Shown here one piece after another: positions 38,299 to 50,690 of a stretch of 64,000 bases of DNA. The notes beneath the pieces were generated by a model, which worked only from the letters and a program-made list of their open reading frames with translations, searched no databases and was not told the origin of the DNA. Position 1 is the stretch's first letter. Each line of letters starts with the position of its first letter. Location: the NCBI GenBank assembly GCA_904063045.1, contig CAJFCJ010000003.1, positions 372,001 to 436,000 on the forward strand, in the 5' to 3' direction. The translations under genes were made by a program, and so were the position numbers. This stretch comes from Dimorphilus gyrociliatus. Taxonomy: Eukaryota; Animalia; Annelida.

Positions 38299-39951
38299 TT
38301 AATAGCGTCTTGCTCCTGCTCCTCCATATCTTCCTGAGTTATATCTGTCTTGATGTCTATTTCTATCATTATACCTTCCCTGATCTCTTCTAGCAGAATT
38401 ATTGAAATAATAACCCTGTGTTTCTCCAGCATATTTAACAGATTTCTTTAATAAAGAGAAAACGGTGTCCTTAGACGGTGGTTTCATGTTTAATACATTG
38501 AACCAATCACCGTAGTTTTTTATTTCTTCTAGACCTTTGAATCTTGCTTTAATTTCCTTCATCATGCTTTCAGAAGGAAATCCATTGTTTTCGTCATATC
38601 TTTGTATAACATTATTTATTGGCATGTTGCCTGGCATTGCAACATCCAAGAAAATTACTTGAAATGCAATCAACTTTTGGCTAACCTGGGTAGCTTGGAA
38701 AGTGGTAGATAATCTGTAATCTCGATCAACAGAAGGGTCACCTAATTTAGAATGATCTTTTAAGTACCACATTACATTTCTCTTCCAGCATTCCTCAATT
38801 ACATGAGTGTTTACATTTCCCCACCTATACTTTTCACTTCCAGCCAACATTATCAACCATTCGCCAATATTTGGACACATACTCTTATGTCTATGATCAG
38901 GTTTTCCAATAAAATTTTCAATTCTTTGCTCCATCATGGGTCGAAGCTTTGGATAGGTGTCGCAAGCCCATAATAGTAATCTATGCAGAGCAAAGTAGCC
39001 GTTCAAATGGTGTTCACTAGCGACTTTTGACTTTGAGAATTGAACAACAGTTGAATTCATAAGATTCGATAGGAGCTTTATAATAGCTTTGTGTATGTCA
39101 TCTTCCATTTGCAGCTTAGTTGATAAAGCTTTAACTGTTTTTTCAAAGGTTGGCTTTAAATTCTGTCCATGTATTGGATTTATAAACAGTGGGAGAAAGT
39201 ACTGTAATTTTTCCTTCATCATGGATGTAACCGAGCCAGTATCTTTCAGCATCGAATAATATGAATCGGCTAACAAGTATTCGCATGGAGATGTCAGTTG
39301 AATATTACGATTTTGTCCTTCTATAATTATGCCATAACCAAACAATTCGCTCTCATTCCTAGGTCTTTCTTTCGGGTTCAATTTGATCTTTGATATATAA
39401 TCGACAACCACGGTTCTCGAAGCTGAAGCTGACTTACTCGAGGCTTCTTCTGGTAGAGGGGGAAATGGTTTTGCGTAGCTGTGCCCACAATCAGAACATT
39501 TAAAACCCTTTGTCAAGCGAACATTTGCATTTGAGGAACCATCTCGTTCATTATCAATTATAAAAGCCAATAAATTTAGTAAAACAGTTTGAACAGTATA
39601 ACTGGGTGACCATCCAACTGACTTTTCATCGGCCCATTCTGTGTGGATATATTCGAAATCGGAAAAGATCGACAAACAAACCTTAGTGCCTTTCTTTCCC
39701 TGACTGGCAGCACCACCAGTGAATTGATAGCCCATAGGCATAAATTCAGCTGAAGGTGATTTGAATGGATAGCATTCAGGAAAGTAGAGTATTATATGAT
39801 AAACGTCTCCATTGTGTACAAAATTACAATGCCATTCAAGGAAATTTTCATCTAGTGGTTCAGCAGAGATGTTTGAAATAGGATTCTCTCTCAACTCTTC
39901 CAAATCCTTCATAAGACGTTTAATAACTCTTTTTTGTCCAATTGATGACAT
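38299..39951 (-). CDS. Intronless atypical ubiquitin-conjugating (E2/UBC) domain protein with ~400-aa C-terminal extension
   Basis: The 550-aa uninterrupted ORF has a UBC fold: KRLMKDLEEL...LEWHC...FPECYPFKSP...KVCLSIF (catalytic Cys)...GWSPSYTVQTVLL. The HPN motif is absent, and there is an R/Y/D/G-rich tail. Confidence 0.9.
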   Translation of the reverse strand: MSSIGQKRVIKRLMKDLEELRENPISNISAEPLDENFLEWHCNFVHNGDVYHIILYFPECYPFKSPSAEFMPMGYQFTGGAASQGKKGTKVCLSIFSDFEYIHTEWADEKSVGWSPSYTVQTVLLNLLAFIIDNERDGSSNANVRLTKGFKCSDCGHSYAKPFPPLPEEASSKSASASRTVVVDYISKIKLNPKERPRNESELFGYGIIIEGQNRNIQLTSPCEYLLADSYYSMLKDTGSVTSMMKEKLQYFLPLFINPIHGQNLKPTFEKTVKALSTKLQMEDDIHKAIIKLLSNLMNSTVVQFSKSKVASEHHLNGYFALHRLLLWACDTYPKLRPMMEQRIENFIGKPDHRHKSMCPNIGEWLIMLAGSEKYRWGNVNTHVIEECWKRNVMWYLKDHSKLGDPSVDRDYRLSTTFQATQVSQKLIAFQVIFLDVAMPGNMPINNVIQRYDENNGFPSESMMKEIKARFKGLEEIKNYGDWFNVLNMKPPSKDTVFSLLKKSVKYAGETQGYYFNNSARRDQGRYNDRNRHQDRYNSGRYGGAGARRY

Positions 39952-40530
39952 GATTTCAAAGTAATTTTAACGATTCCAAACAATTTAAATCTTAAAATTC
40001 AAACCGTACTGAATTTCTCGACTGAAACCGTCTGGTATGAAGATCTATGTCCCTCTTTTTTCACTTTTATACTATTATAATTTTATATTGCGAAATATAT
40101 AAAAGAATAGCTTCGTTTAAAAGAAAGTCTTTTCTATGAATGTTTTGCTAATAACCATTTCCTATTAGCGATCCTAGTGAGAATTTCAGTATTACTAATA
40201 AAATTTTATAGAGAATCTTCTACAATGTCTATACAGAATATAGATGTCATTAGTAGTTACACACCTTTATTAGCACTAATACGATACTCTTTGAGTTGCA
40301 CCAGATTACGAAAGTTTTCGAAATTGTTATTGAATAATACATCGATTAACCGAGATACCAAGAAAACAAAACCAATGAACACATAGCAACGTTTAAGTAA
40401 CGAAAATAGAAAATGTACGAATTTGACAATGAAAAGCCTCCTCTTAAGTACATGCATAACAAATAGTGCAGCATACTTCTCCTTTTCGAATGTTAACTAT
40501 GCCTCCTTCCTTTAGATGATGTAATTTCAA

Positions 40531-42694
40531 TTATCTTACAAATTTTCTGCAACCTGGACATTTTTTCTTTGATTTTCTATTATAAAGAAATTGCATAAGA
40601 AAAAGGAAAGGGAACTATTTGATCTTAAAGAACGGGGGAAGAGAAAGAGAGAAGGGCGTACTTTAATTGAATTTTGTAGCATTTCGAACAGAATGTATGT
40701 CGGCATGGATTTAAAATTTCGTATGAAAATACTTTACTAAAACAACCAACGCATTGTTGAGTAAAACTTCTTGATGATTTGATTACAACAGTATCTTCAG
40801 CCTAATTGTCTTTTGTTTAATTATTCTTTATTATAAATTATACACTTACCTTATATTCCCATTTTTGTAGGCCTAGACTAATTTCGAAATATTGCAAAAT
40901 AACAGATAAAACTTCCATTTTCTCATGACTAATTATTACTTGTCCAATACGTCTTTTACCATTTGCATCAGCGAGTAATTTAAATAAGCAAAAGTAGAGT
41001 AGAGAACAATGTATAATATTTCCGAAGCACCCATTATAAGTTTAGAAATAATTAATGAATAAATTATGCAAATATATGTATATATTAATATTTCTTACTA
41101 TTTCCAATAGGAGTAAGTGTAATAGTTGAAAATGAACAAGAGATTTTTTCCAAATATTCCCCTATAATAGTGATGAAATAATCTAATAATTTAGGCGAAC
41201 ATCCAGAAACTGTCTTCATTCCAAAAATAATAAAGAGATTCTTATATTGCAAAGGAGAGTTGCTTTTAAGAGGACACCAAAGTCCGCCCATTTGATCCAA
41301 AATTATATTATTCTTTATTTCGTCGAAAACACTGATATTTACACTTTTCTCTAATAACTCCATTATAATTGGACACTCGTGAGGTTCAATGTCATCCCAA
41401 GAAAAGATAAGAACATCCGATTCGCTTTTTAGTATCGATTTCCATCCAACAGTCAATAAACAATTAAGGAAATTATAATTAAACTCTTTTCTTAACAGAA
41501 TAGAATGTCTATAGTTTTTATCAAAGGAATAATAAAAGTTTGCTAAATTATCATGTTCTTGGTATAAATGAATTTGACTAATTGGAATTATTTCTTTCCT
41601 TATCTCTAAAGCTTCGGCTAACATCCACAATTTCTTTACCTTCTCTAAGTCAGTATCCACTAAATGAATGCAATTTAAAGTAGAAGGAACACTGGAATGG
41701 TATTGACTTAGTCCTAATCCTTTCAATATAGCGTAGAGAAGCTCTTGAAAGGATTTCTCACTGGAAAAGGCTGAAAATAAATCCGAAACTATAGCAAAGG
41801 ATTATCAATTGTTCAAGTTATGATTAAATTATGCAATTATAATTTAAGATGAAAATATGGCAGACGAAGCCTGAACTTACTTGTTCCACCCAAAATGGGA
41901 AGTACTAAGGATTCAGAATTCGTTTCTATCGTCTTATTGATCGTATTGTTAACGCATAAGGTAACGTCGTTTGGATTTGATGGTAGGCACGTAATAATTA
42001 GAGTTTTCCACTTGAAATTTGAATGATGTCTCAATCTTTCATAATATGCTCTTCCATTTGTGATATTTCTCAAAGTCATTCCTTTAACTAGACGCTTCTT
42101 TGATACTCGTACACTGTTAATAACGTCATTCGCCACACCATTGTCCATATTATATTTAGCATCTACAGAAAAGGCGACGGCATCAGAGGACACTTTACAA
42201 ATATTTGTACGATAGATAAATATCTTTCTTCCATTCGATAGTTTTATTGCTAAGCACTTTTCCGAAGGATCTGATAATTCTAATTGTCGAATTCTATACT
42301 GATTTCTTTGTTGGATAAAATTTGTCCATAAATCGTTGCTCGTTATCTCCGTTAATAATTGATTATTAGAAGATTGAGTAGAGTTTTCGTTACTTGATTG
42401 TTGTAAATCCGTTAAACATCTATTGGTAATATTATGAATTAATCCATTTGAAGATGAATCAATTAAAGTATAGAAATCATTTAATTCAATTGTTATGAGT
42501 TTTTTTGCCAAGAAGAATTTTTCGCTATTATTTCCATGAATTTTTAATGAATTTTCACTTTTAATCCATGTATAATTTATATTTGTCCTATTTCGAACCG
42601 ATTCCATAAATGAATTTATGGTAGAGCTAGTCTCGAATAGTTCATAAGTATTATTTAGGAATTTGTATTCCCATTTATTCTTGTAATCAGTCAT
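40531..42694 (-). CDS. KH-like + two divergent macrodomains + C-terminal C3HC4 RING protein, 5 exons
   Basis: Exons are 42694-41881, 41770-41099, 41040-40850, 40801-40662 and 40576-40531. Macro-like segment: IFIYRTNICKVSSDAVAFSVD...GVANDV...LVLPILGG. The RING (CVGC...PCRHTFCSKC...CPGC) is assembled from the last two exons. One acceptor (41041-41042) reads AA rather than AG. Confidence 0.72.
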
Positions 42695-43804
42695 TGATGA
42701 ATTTTCCTTCAGTTAATTAAAAATAAAACCAATTACACAGTATAAAATAATTTACTGTCTATTGAATTAAGACTATTTATAGTTATACACTGCATTTATA
42801 TACATGTATATATAAACAGTATATATCTGCTTCTATCTTTATCTTTATCACTCTATCTGTCTCTCTTCTTCCTTTCTGTATCTATGACTATATACCACAA
42901 TTAATGCTGCTTCTTATCCGTTGATTTTGCTGCAATTCATAGACTTTTTATACACAACATATATATATACATATATATATATATACAATGTATATATATT
43001 AATATAGAACCTGAAAAGATATACATATGTATTCGCCTTAATATTTTACTTCTCCATAGAGAAATAGTCGTAAAGCGTCAACAATTGACACTTTCCAGAT
43101 ACCATCTAATAAAGTACGAAGGTTATAAGGAATATAAGAACCTATGTAAAACAAACTACATTTACTCCACCTAGCGGTATAGCAAAATTGTCAAAGAATA
43201 TGCAATGGCATCCATAAACTTGGGGCATCAAAAAGACACGGCAACTGGTGTTATTTTTCTTTTATACACCCTTAAGTAATATTGCAAAATTTCAAAGTTA
43301 TCTAAGAAGAAGAAGAAGAAGAAACGGAAGAGAAGGATAAGATAATTTACGAATAATTTTAAGAAATGTGAAAATAGTATTAGAGTAAAGAAGCAATATT
43401 AAGATAGATAGTGGGGAGGAGAGAGTGAGCGCGACTAATAAGGATATATTTTCTAAATAAAGTATATAGACAATGTTTCAAACTGTGTGATACATTGTTA
43501 AACTAAAGCAATGATAATAACAACTAATTAAATAATCTTATTTGCAAATGAAAATATTAATCCTCAATTTCTAATTAATTAATTAATTAACTTTTTAAGC
43601 TATATATTCAATTATATATGGAATATTATCAGTATTTCGAGTTAAAACTATACTTAAAATTAGAGATATTAGCAAGCGTCTATAAATAGAGTACAGTACT
43701 AAACAACTAAACTATAATTCAATAAACTTTATATATCGTATAACAATAAACAATACCAATTATAAATAAAAACAAATTCATATTTACATTTAGAACAAAT
43801 ACAA

Positions 43805-43813
43805 TCACGTGAC
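43805..43813. promoter_or_regulatory. E-box/CLEAR-like TCACGTGAC between the head-to-head macrodomain genes
   Basis: 9/10 match to GTCACGTGAC, about 500 bp upstream of the + strand macro gene ATG. Confidence 0.35.
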
Positions 43814-44305
43814 AAGGAAGCTTTCTATTTTATAATATACAATATTATCGGTATTATAAATAATAGAACTTAGTTCGTTAGAAAAGAAACGATGATCAGA
43901 TTATTAATTAATTAATTAATTCTAACAATTACTAATATCTATTAATTACAAATTGATAATTTAAACTGAAAGACGTACGAATGGGGAGATGATATATACG
44001 TACAAGTATTTAGTTGATAAGAGATGCGAATATTTTCAATACGATTATTGTCATATTTAAAAGGGGAAGAGCAGCTATATCTGTATTATGTATTTAAAAC
44101 AAAAATAGTAATTCAATACGTTAATAAGTTTTCCTTTTTTTATGAAATTTCTTATCCTCTCTTCCAAAGAAGGTTCCAAAGTTCATCTCTTTTTGTTAAA
44201 ATACAAAAGTTTCTCTTCAACTTATGCGTAGTTTAATCGTTTTATTAATAGAATATTGTCATTTTGTCAAGAGAAAACAACCAGTTTAACAAGAAAATAG
44301 TAAAA

Positions 44306-46901
44306 ATGGACGATAAAGAAAATAAACTAAGTATTCGTATCAATTCATCAACTTTTTACGGTTATTTTAAGAATAGACTATCTGTAAATATTCGTAAAAT
44401 ATGCGATAAACATTGCGTTGGTCTACGTTGGATATTTGATTCGAACTTATTAGAAATATATGGAAAAAAGGATAATATTGATAAAGTAGAGCAGATGATT
44501 CTTGATGAATTAAAAAATCATGCTTGCATTGAATTGAAATTATCGTCGAATATAAAATTACCAAAGTTTGATCATTTAGCATTAACGCCTATAGTTACGG
44601 ATGATTTCTATAATCGAAATACTATGTATATTGGCCCTAAGGATAATCTTATCCAATTAGCGGACGATCTCTGGTCTAAATCCTACTTGGACAATTTCAC
44701 TTTGATTACGTTCAATAATACAGATTTTAGAAATCTGGATGACGACAATGACTATTTAAAGCTATTGAATGATCAAGATGATGTATTTGGAGAATATGAA
44801 AGTGAAAATAGTTTCTTTGAATATTTAACTGAAAGTGAAAAAAACGAGATTTCCGAACAGAAGAAAGAAGAGGAGAAAATGAAATCTCTTTTACAAAAAT
44901 CAAACGAAAATCATTCAAGGAAGACAAGCCTTCAAGATGACGTTCATAACGATGAATCTTTTTATTATAAATCGAAATTTAAAAGAAATTTTATTGGTAA
45001 AAAGATTAATGATTATTATTTTTTTATATAAAGAACTATTAATTCTTTTTCTTTAGTGGCAGCTTGTTGCTTTGATATAAAATATTCAAAGTCCGATGCT
45101 ATAGCTATGTCAGTCTTATTAGGAAATAATAATCAATTTAAATACGGAGCACAGAAATCAGTATGGGATTGTCTAGACGAAGAAGACAGAAAGAAAATTG
45201 ATAATACAATAACCAAGTGTAATTTTAAACATGGACAAATTCTTTATCAGAATCTTCTTAAATCAAAATGGAAAGCTATAATTTTAGTATTACTTTCGCC
45301 CAATAGTGTTGATGACTTGTATACTCAATTAAGAAAATCGACAATGAATCTATTAAAGGCCGCCGATGAATCTGGTAATAAAAATCTTGCAATGACAATT
45401 ATAGGAAATTCATTAAGTATTATTAATTAACTTGTATGGATTATACTAAGTAATCTTGGTGCATATTCTTTCCAGATAAACAACGGATTAGTTTCTTAGA
45501 GAGAGTTCAAATTGTTCTAAACACTATTAAAAGTTTAAACTTTAAAAATTTAATATTTATTAAACTAATTACGAATGATAAGCGTAAAATGAAAATTTTA
45601 AAGGAATGCTTAAACGAATACTTTGAAAAATCATCCCAAGCTCAATTATTAAACTGTTCATCTAAGAAAAAGAAGAGTTTCTTTCCAACAAAAAAATTAA
45701 GTACAAAAAGTTATTCGAGTCCTTCAACACCAAGTTACGAAAGCGTTAAAAGTTCTTTTAACAATATAAATATTCATAAGAGATTTCTATTCCCATTTAC
45801 ATTCTTAAAGGAAAACGAGAACACTTATTTCTACTATAGCATAATTAATAATCAAATAATTAAATTTCATTCAAAGTTAATATTTATCTTTATTAAAGAG
45901 TTCTTTGTAAAGTTGGATTTAAATCAAGAAGATTTAAAGATTATCTTATCAATTAATAATAAAGAAAATAAAATTAATATTAATACTGATAACGATAGTA
46001 TTGCTAACATAAAATATCAATTAGATAAATATTTAGAAAATATTATAATAAGGAAGATACATATTAAGGAAAACGAACAAGAGAGTATTAAATTATTAAT
46101 AGATAAGGAAATTAAGTTAAACAGTAATCAAAGATTATATTACGAGTTGAATAACAATGACCTTTCGCTCATTGGAAATGAATATTTTATATCTAAATTT
46201 ATCAATAGGCATTTAAACTTGTGGAAGAAGTTTAATATTTTCGGTAAGTAGATGAATATGTATACAAAATCTAATTTATATTCTTTCTCTCTCGCTCTCT
46301 CTCTCTCCTCATTCATTAGTAAAAGCTACAAGTGAAGATATAACTAAAGTTACAGCAGATACAATTATCGTTCCAATAAGTGTAAAACTAAGTGGACAAG
46401 TCTTCAAAGCAATCCTCAATCATCTTCAAAAAGATGATAAGAGAAATTTTCTTCAATTTCTTGACCACTTAACTTTGAAAGCCGGAGATGTCTATTATTT
46501 TGAATTGAAATATTCCAAATGGAAGAGTATTGGCGTTATAATTATTTCTCCAGAAAATTTCTATTCTTATATAAAACTGTCCGTAGTCAATCTATTGTAT
46601 AAGATTGATGAATTCATGAATGCTTCTGCTATTATGCCTGTTGTTGGCGGTTCAATAAGTTAATTTTCATTTCCTTCAATGAAAGTTATTAATTATTAAT
46701 TTTTACTTTTTTCTTTTACCTTTCATTTGACATTTAGACGTCAACGGAATTGATTTCGATAAAACTTTAATGGAAATTGCTCATGCTGTAAAACAAGTTC
46801 AAGTTGAATATTTAATTCATTTGCACATTGTTGCTTTAAAGAAGAAGACTGTTGAAAAAATTTACAAACTTCTCTACGAAGATAAACAAGAGACATTTTA
46901 A
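44306..46901 (+). CDS. KH-like + acidic linker + macrodomain + KH-like + macrodomain protein, 5 exons, no catalytic PARP domain
   Basis: Exons are approx. 44306-44997, 45057-45415, 45476-46244, 46320-46658 and 46739-46901, in frame. Macro-like starts are CFDIKYSKSDAIAMSV and SEDITKVTADTIIV, with ends LAMTIIG and IMPVVGG. A KWK-hydrophobic motif is shared with the 40531-42694 gene. Confidence 0.72.
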
Positions 46902-47816
46902 ATGATATTTCATATTCATATCGTTCAACATTAATACTAGATGTCGTTGTTATACATACGTTACCACCAATGTTCAAGTAATTCTAATGAATAATATAAT
47001 AAATGGAGAACTTTGCACATTTTTCAGCTACAGAGTCATACTAGGAGTTTCATGAAATGAAAGCGATATAAATAATATATAAATATTTGTATTGTGTCTT
47101 TAATGATAGAAAATGTTATAGACTTTTCAATTCTATGTATACTTATCATAAAATTATTTTATAGTTCATAGACTACACACGAAATGTACTTTGTTACATC
47201 CGCTTATATTATTTTCTGTTTTTATGTTTCAAGCAGATAAACAATAATTACAATAAAGTTTATACTGTATATAAATCCTACAAAATTTCTCTCTCTCTCT
47301 CTCTCTCTAACTGCTATAAAATAAGAATAACAATACAATTAGAATGTAGTATTATTATTATTTTTTTAATAAAAAAAGAGGAAAGATCGATATTTAAATA
47401 AATTTTAAAAAAATCTATTAAAAAAATTCTCCCTTTTCTTTAATAAATCAATTTTTATTTCACTGTCTGTTTTATATGTTCAAAAGCTTACAAATTAGTC
47501 TATATACTAGTTTAAATAGAAATATACATATATATATATATACAAGTATATATAATCTACTAAATATATCTAATTTGTATTTTAATTAGCGAACAGCTTT
47601 CATTAACTTATAGGCAATATATCCAGTAATACAGTATATATTAATATTGAGTATGGCATCATACTTTATCTTTACCATTAAACAACGAAATTTTATAAAA
47701 CTATACTTCTCGATACGATATATAAACAGAATTATTGATAGCAATGTAAACAAATGAATGAATGAATAAATAAATTAAAGGGATAGAGGAGGAAAATAAA
47801 AAAAAAACAAATCTTT

Positions 47817-49935
47817 CTATAGCATACTCTTTAATTCTGCCCCATCCTCATTTTCTTGTTCGTCATCTGTTGTCCAATTTTGTAGCCTCCCACTACCAAA
47901 TATAATAAAAAATACTGAACCGAATACGAGTACTCCCGATGATATAAAAAGTACTACCATCCACTGATCTTTCCTTTGCTATTAAATTACAAGGAAATAA
48001 ATCAAACTAATTTTCCTTTTTGTACTGGTTTGACTTACATTCTTTGTCAAATAGCCGACCAATGGAGGAGCAACAAAACCTGCTACTGAACCAAGCATAT
48101 TTGATATACCAAAAAGCGTTCCAGCGTACTTTGGGGCAATATCTATATGGTTAACGAGGAAACCGGAATATTGGGACCCACTTAAGGTTACACCAAGGGT
48201 TAGTAGGCCTATTGTAATTGGGTAAGCTCTACAATCCGTGAATGCTAGACCAACTAAGCAAGCAGAGGCTCCAATGCCACCTACAGAAATAGATTCTTAA
48301 CAGAGTACTTGAATCTTTCCTTGTTTAATTTATTATGAGTAAAACAATTTATTATAACGTACCGATAGCAGTCATAAGTTTTCTCGTTTTTGTGATTGAT
48401 AAATAATGAGAAGAGATAAGCTTATCGGCAATAAGGGGAGATATGCTCATATTCGCCCACAAGCCTATCCAGGGAAGAGCTGAGAAGTAGCCGTTCTAAA
48501 AATCAAAATTTTGAGACGAGGAAACATATTTATAAAACGTAAAAATAGTATAAATAATTAACAAGCTAAATCCTTACAGATTGTATATCGAAATGAAGAA
48601 CTTCGTAAATAAAAGTAGGTGTATTTGTCAGAAATATATACAATCCCCAGTCTGAAGTTACATTGGCTATTAAAATTGCCCAAACAGGCGGAGATTTTAT
48701 AAACTTTACCCAAGGAATTTCCGTCTAAAAGAATATAAATATAAATTTATATATATATACCATATATATTCAGCACAATACAAGTTCAGTGCATGCTACA
48801 ATGTATGTACATATTGTTACATAATATAATAGACTTTTATACATACATTTTTAGGATTCTTTAACAATTGCCCTTGTAAACTATTAATAATATATAGTTT
48901 TTCTTTTTCATTTATCATGCTATGACTTGAGGGATTATCACTGACAAATATGAGCCAAAACACGAGCCAAAAGGCTGTCGATAATCCTTGATTGAAAAGA
49001 GGATTAAGAGCCATTTCGAAAGAGAATTATGAGAATTAAATTGCAAATAAATTACCTGTAATGTAAAAAATTGACGGCCAACCCCCTGCAAAGCCGAATT
49101 CACAAAGAGCACCCGAAAGAGGCATTCCAGCAACACTTCCCATCATTGCTCCTGCAATTTTACATTAGGAAACTCTTTATATTTCATATATGAGCATGTT
49201 TACGTATGTATATTATTAAAGAATTCCTTTTTAGAAAAACATTACTGTTCTACCTGCGTACGATAATGACACCAATTTAGATCTTTCTAAAGGTGGTGCC
49301 CATTGACTCCAAATGGAATGTAAAATTGGGAATGCTGCACCCTGGTCAAGTTTAAAATATCACAAGCTTTACGAAGAAACAATTAGTTTTAAAAAGAAAA
49401 CACCTACCGACCCTAAACCAACCAAAACTCTTAAAAATAAGAGAATTCCCAATCCCATTTTTGCTCCGGAAGGTGTTAAAAGTGTTGCTGCTGTCGAGAT
49501 TGCTGTAAATATTCCAAAAATCTTTTTTCCTCCAAATCTTTCAGCCAAAATTCCTCCAGGGATTTGACTTATCAAATATCCGTAAAAGAATGCTCCCAGA
49601 ATATGACCTTGTTGTACCTTATCGTATTCTAATTTACCATCTTCCATAATATACTCTGTTCTGTTAATAGATTTTATACAATTCGGGTCTACCGTTCTAT
49701 TATCGAATTGCAGGCTGTTTGAGGAGGCAACGGCCGTATGATTGATCATACAAACTATTGCAACACTCATTCCAACTCTCTGTAAATAGATGTTAAGAAG
49801 TCCAAAAAACATAATAACTGCTAAGAACATTCGACAGGAGAATAGCAGAGGTTGTCTTTTACCAGCTGCAATTTTCTTTGAGTAAGCTATAAATGGCGAT
49901 TTCGAAAAAAAAAATTCCATGCCAGGCACATCCAT
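47817..49935 (-). CDS. SLC17-family anion transporter, sialin (SLC17A5)-like
   Basis: Motifs [11 protein letters not shown]...[52 protein letters not shown] and [17 protein letters not shown], plus a C-terminal GSGRLQNW. It is multi-exon with GT-AG junctions. The exact SLC17 subfamily is not provable from motifs. Confidence 0.9.
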
Positions 49936-50690
49936 ATCTGTTTTTAGATTGTTTTATAGTCTAAAATAAAAACAATAGGAATTTATCTCTATCTCTGGTT
50001 CACTCTCCCTTTGCTTCTTTTTTTTCTCTATCTACATCACAAAGCGACAAATTACAATATGCTTGTAACGTGTAACGAACCGCGCGAGTCTATATGTAGA
50101 TACTTATAATGCACTAAATGACAAGTCACACCATTGTCTTGAAAAATCAATATTCTAGGGTTTGTTAAATGGGCTAGAAAAAAGGGGAAAGATATACTTC
50201 AAACTTTAAAAAAAAGAAACAAATAAAACAAGATTATTATTTTTTTGTTGATGGAAAATCTCTCCCCTCTCCCATCTCTCTCTTTTCGCCTGCCTATGTT
50301 TGTTCCCCAGTCAATTTTTATAACAATTCGTAGAAAGAAAAATGTATTCAACTGCCTGGGTAAGCTGTAAGCTCATGTATTTGTGAAATAGCTTGCAAAA
50401 ATCAGCAAAAAATTAATTACATTTGTCGGGAAATCATAATTGCGTCCTTGTATTATGTCTGTAGAAAAATACTAAAGAATGGAAGGGATCTCTTCTTCGT
50501 CTTAGTTGTGAGTACGAGTACTGACTAACTATTCTATTTAAAGGTAAAGGAACAATTTCTGTCTTTGAAGAAGCTAAATGCCATATTCTAATAATCACCA
50601 AATCTGAACCATGTATTAATCGTCTGTGCTCTAATTAGTTAGGCTTAAATATTTCAATCATTTATTAAGCTCCTAACTTTTGTTTTTTGC

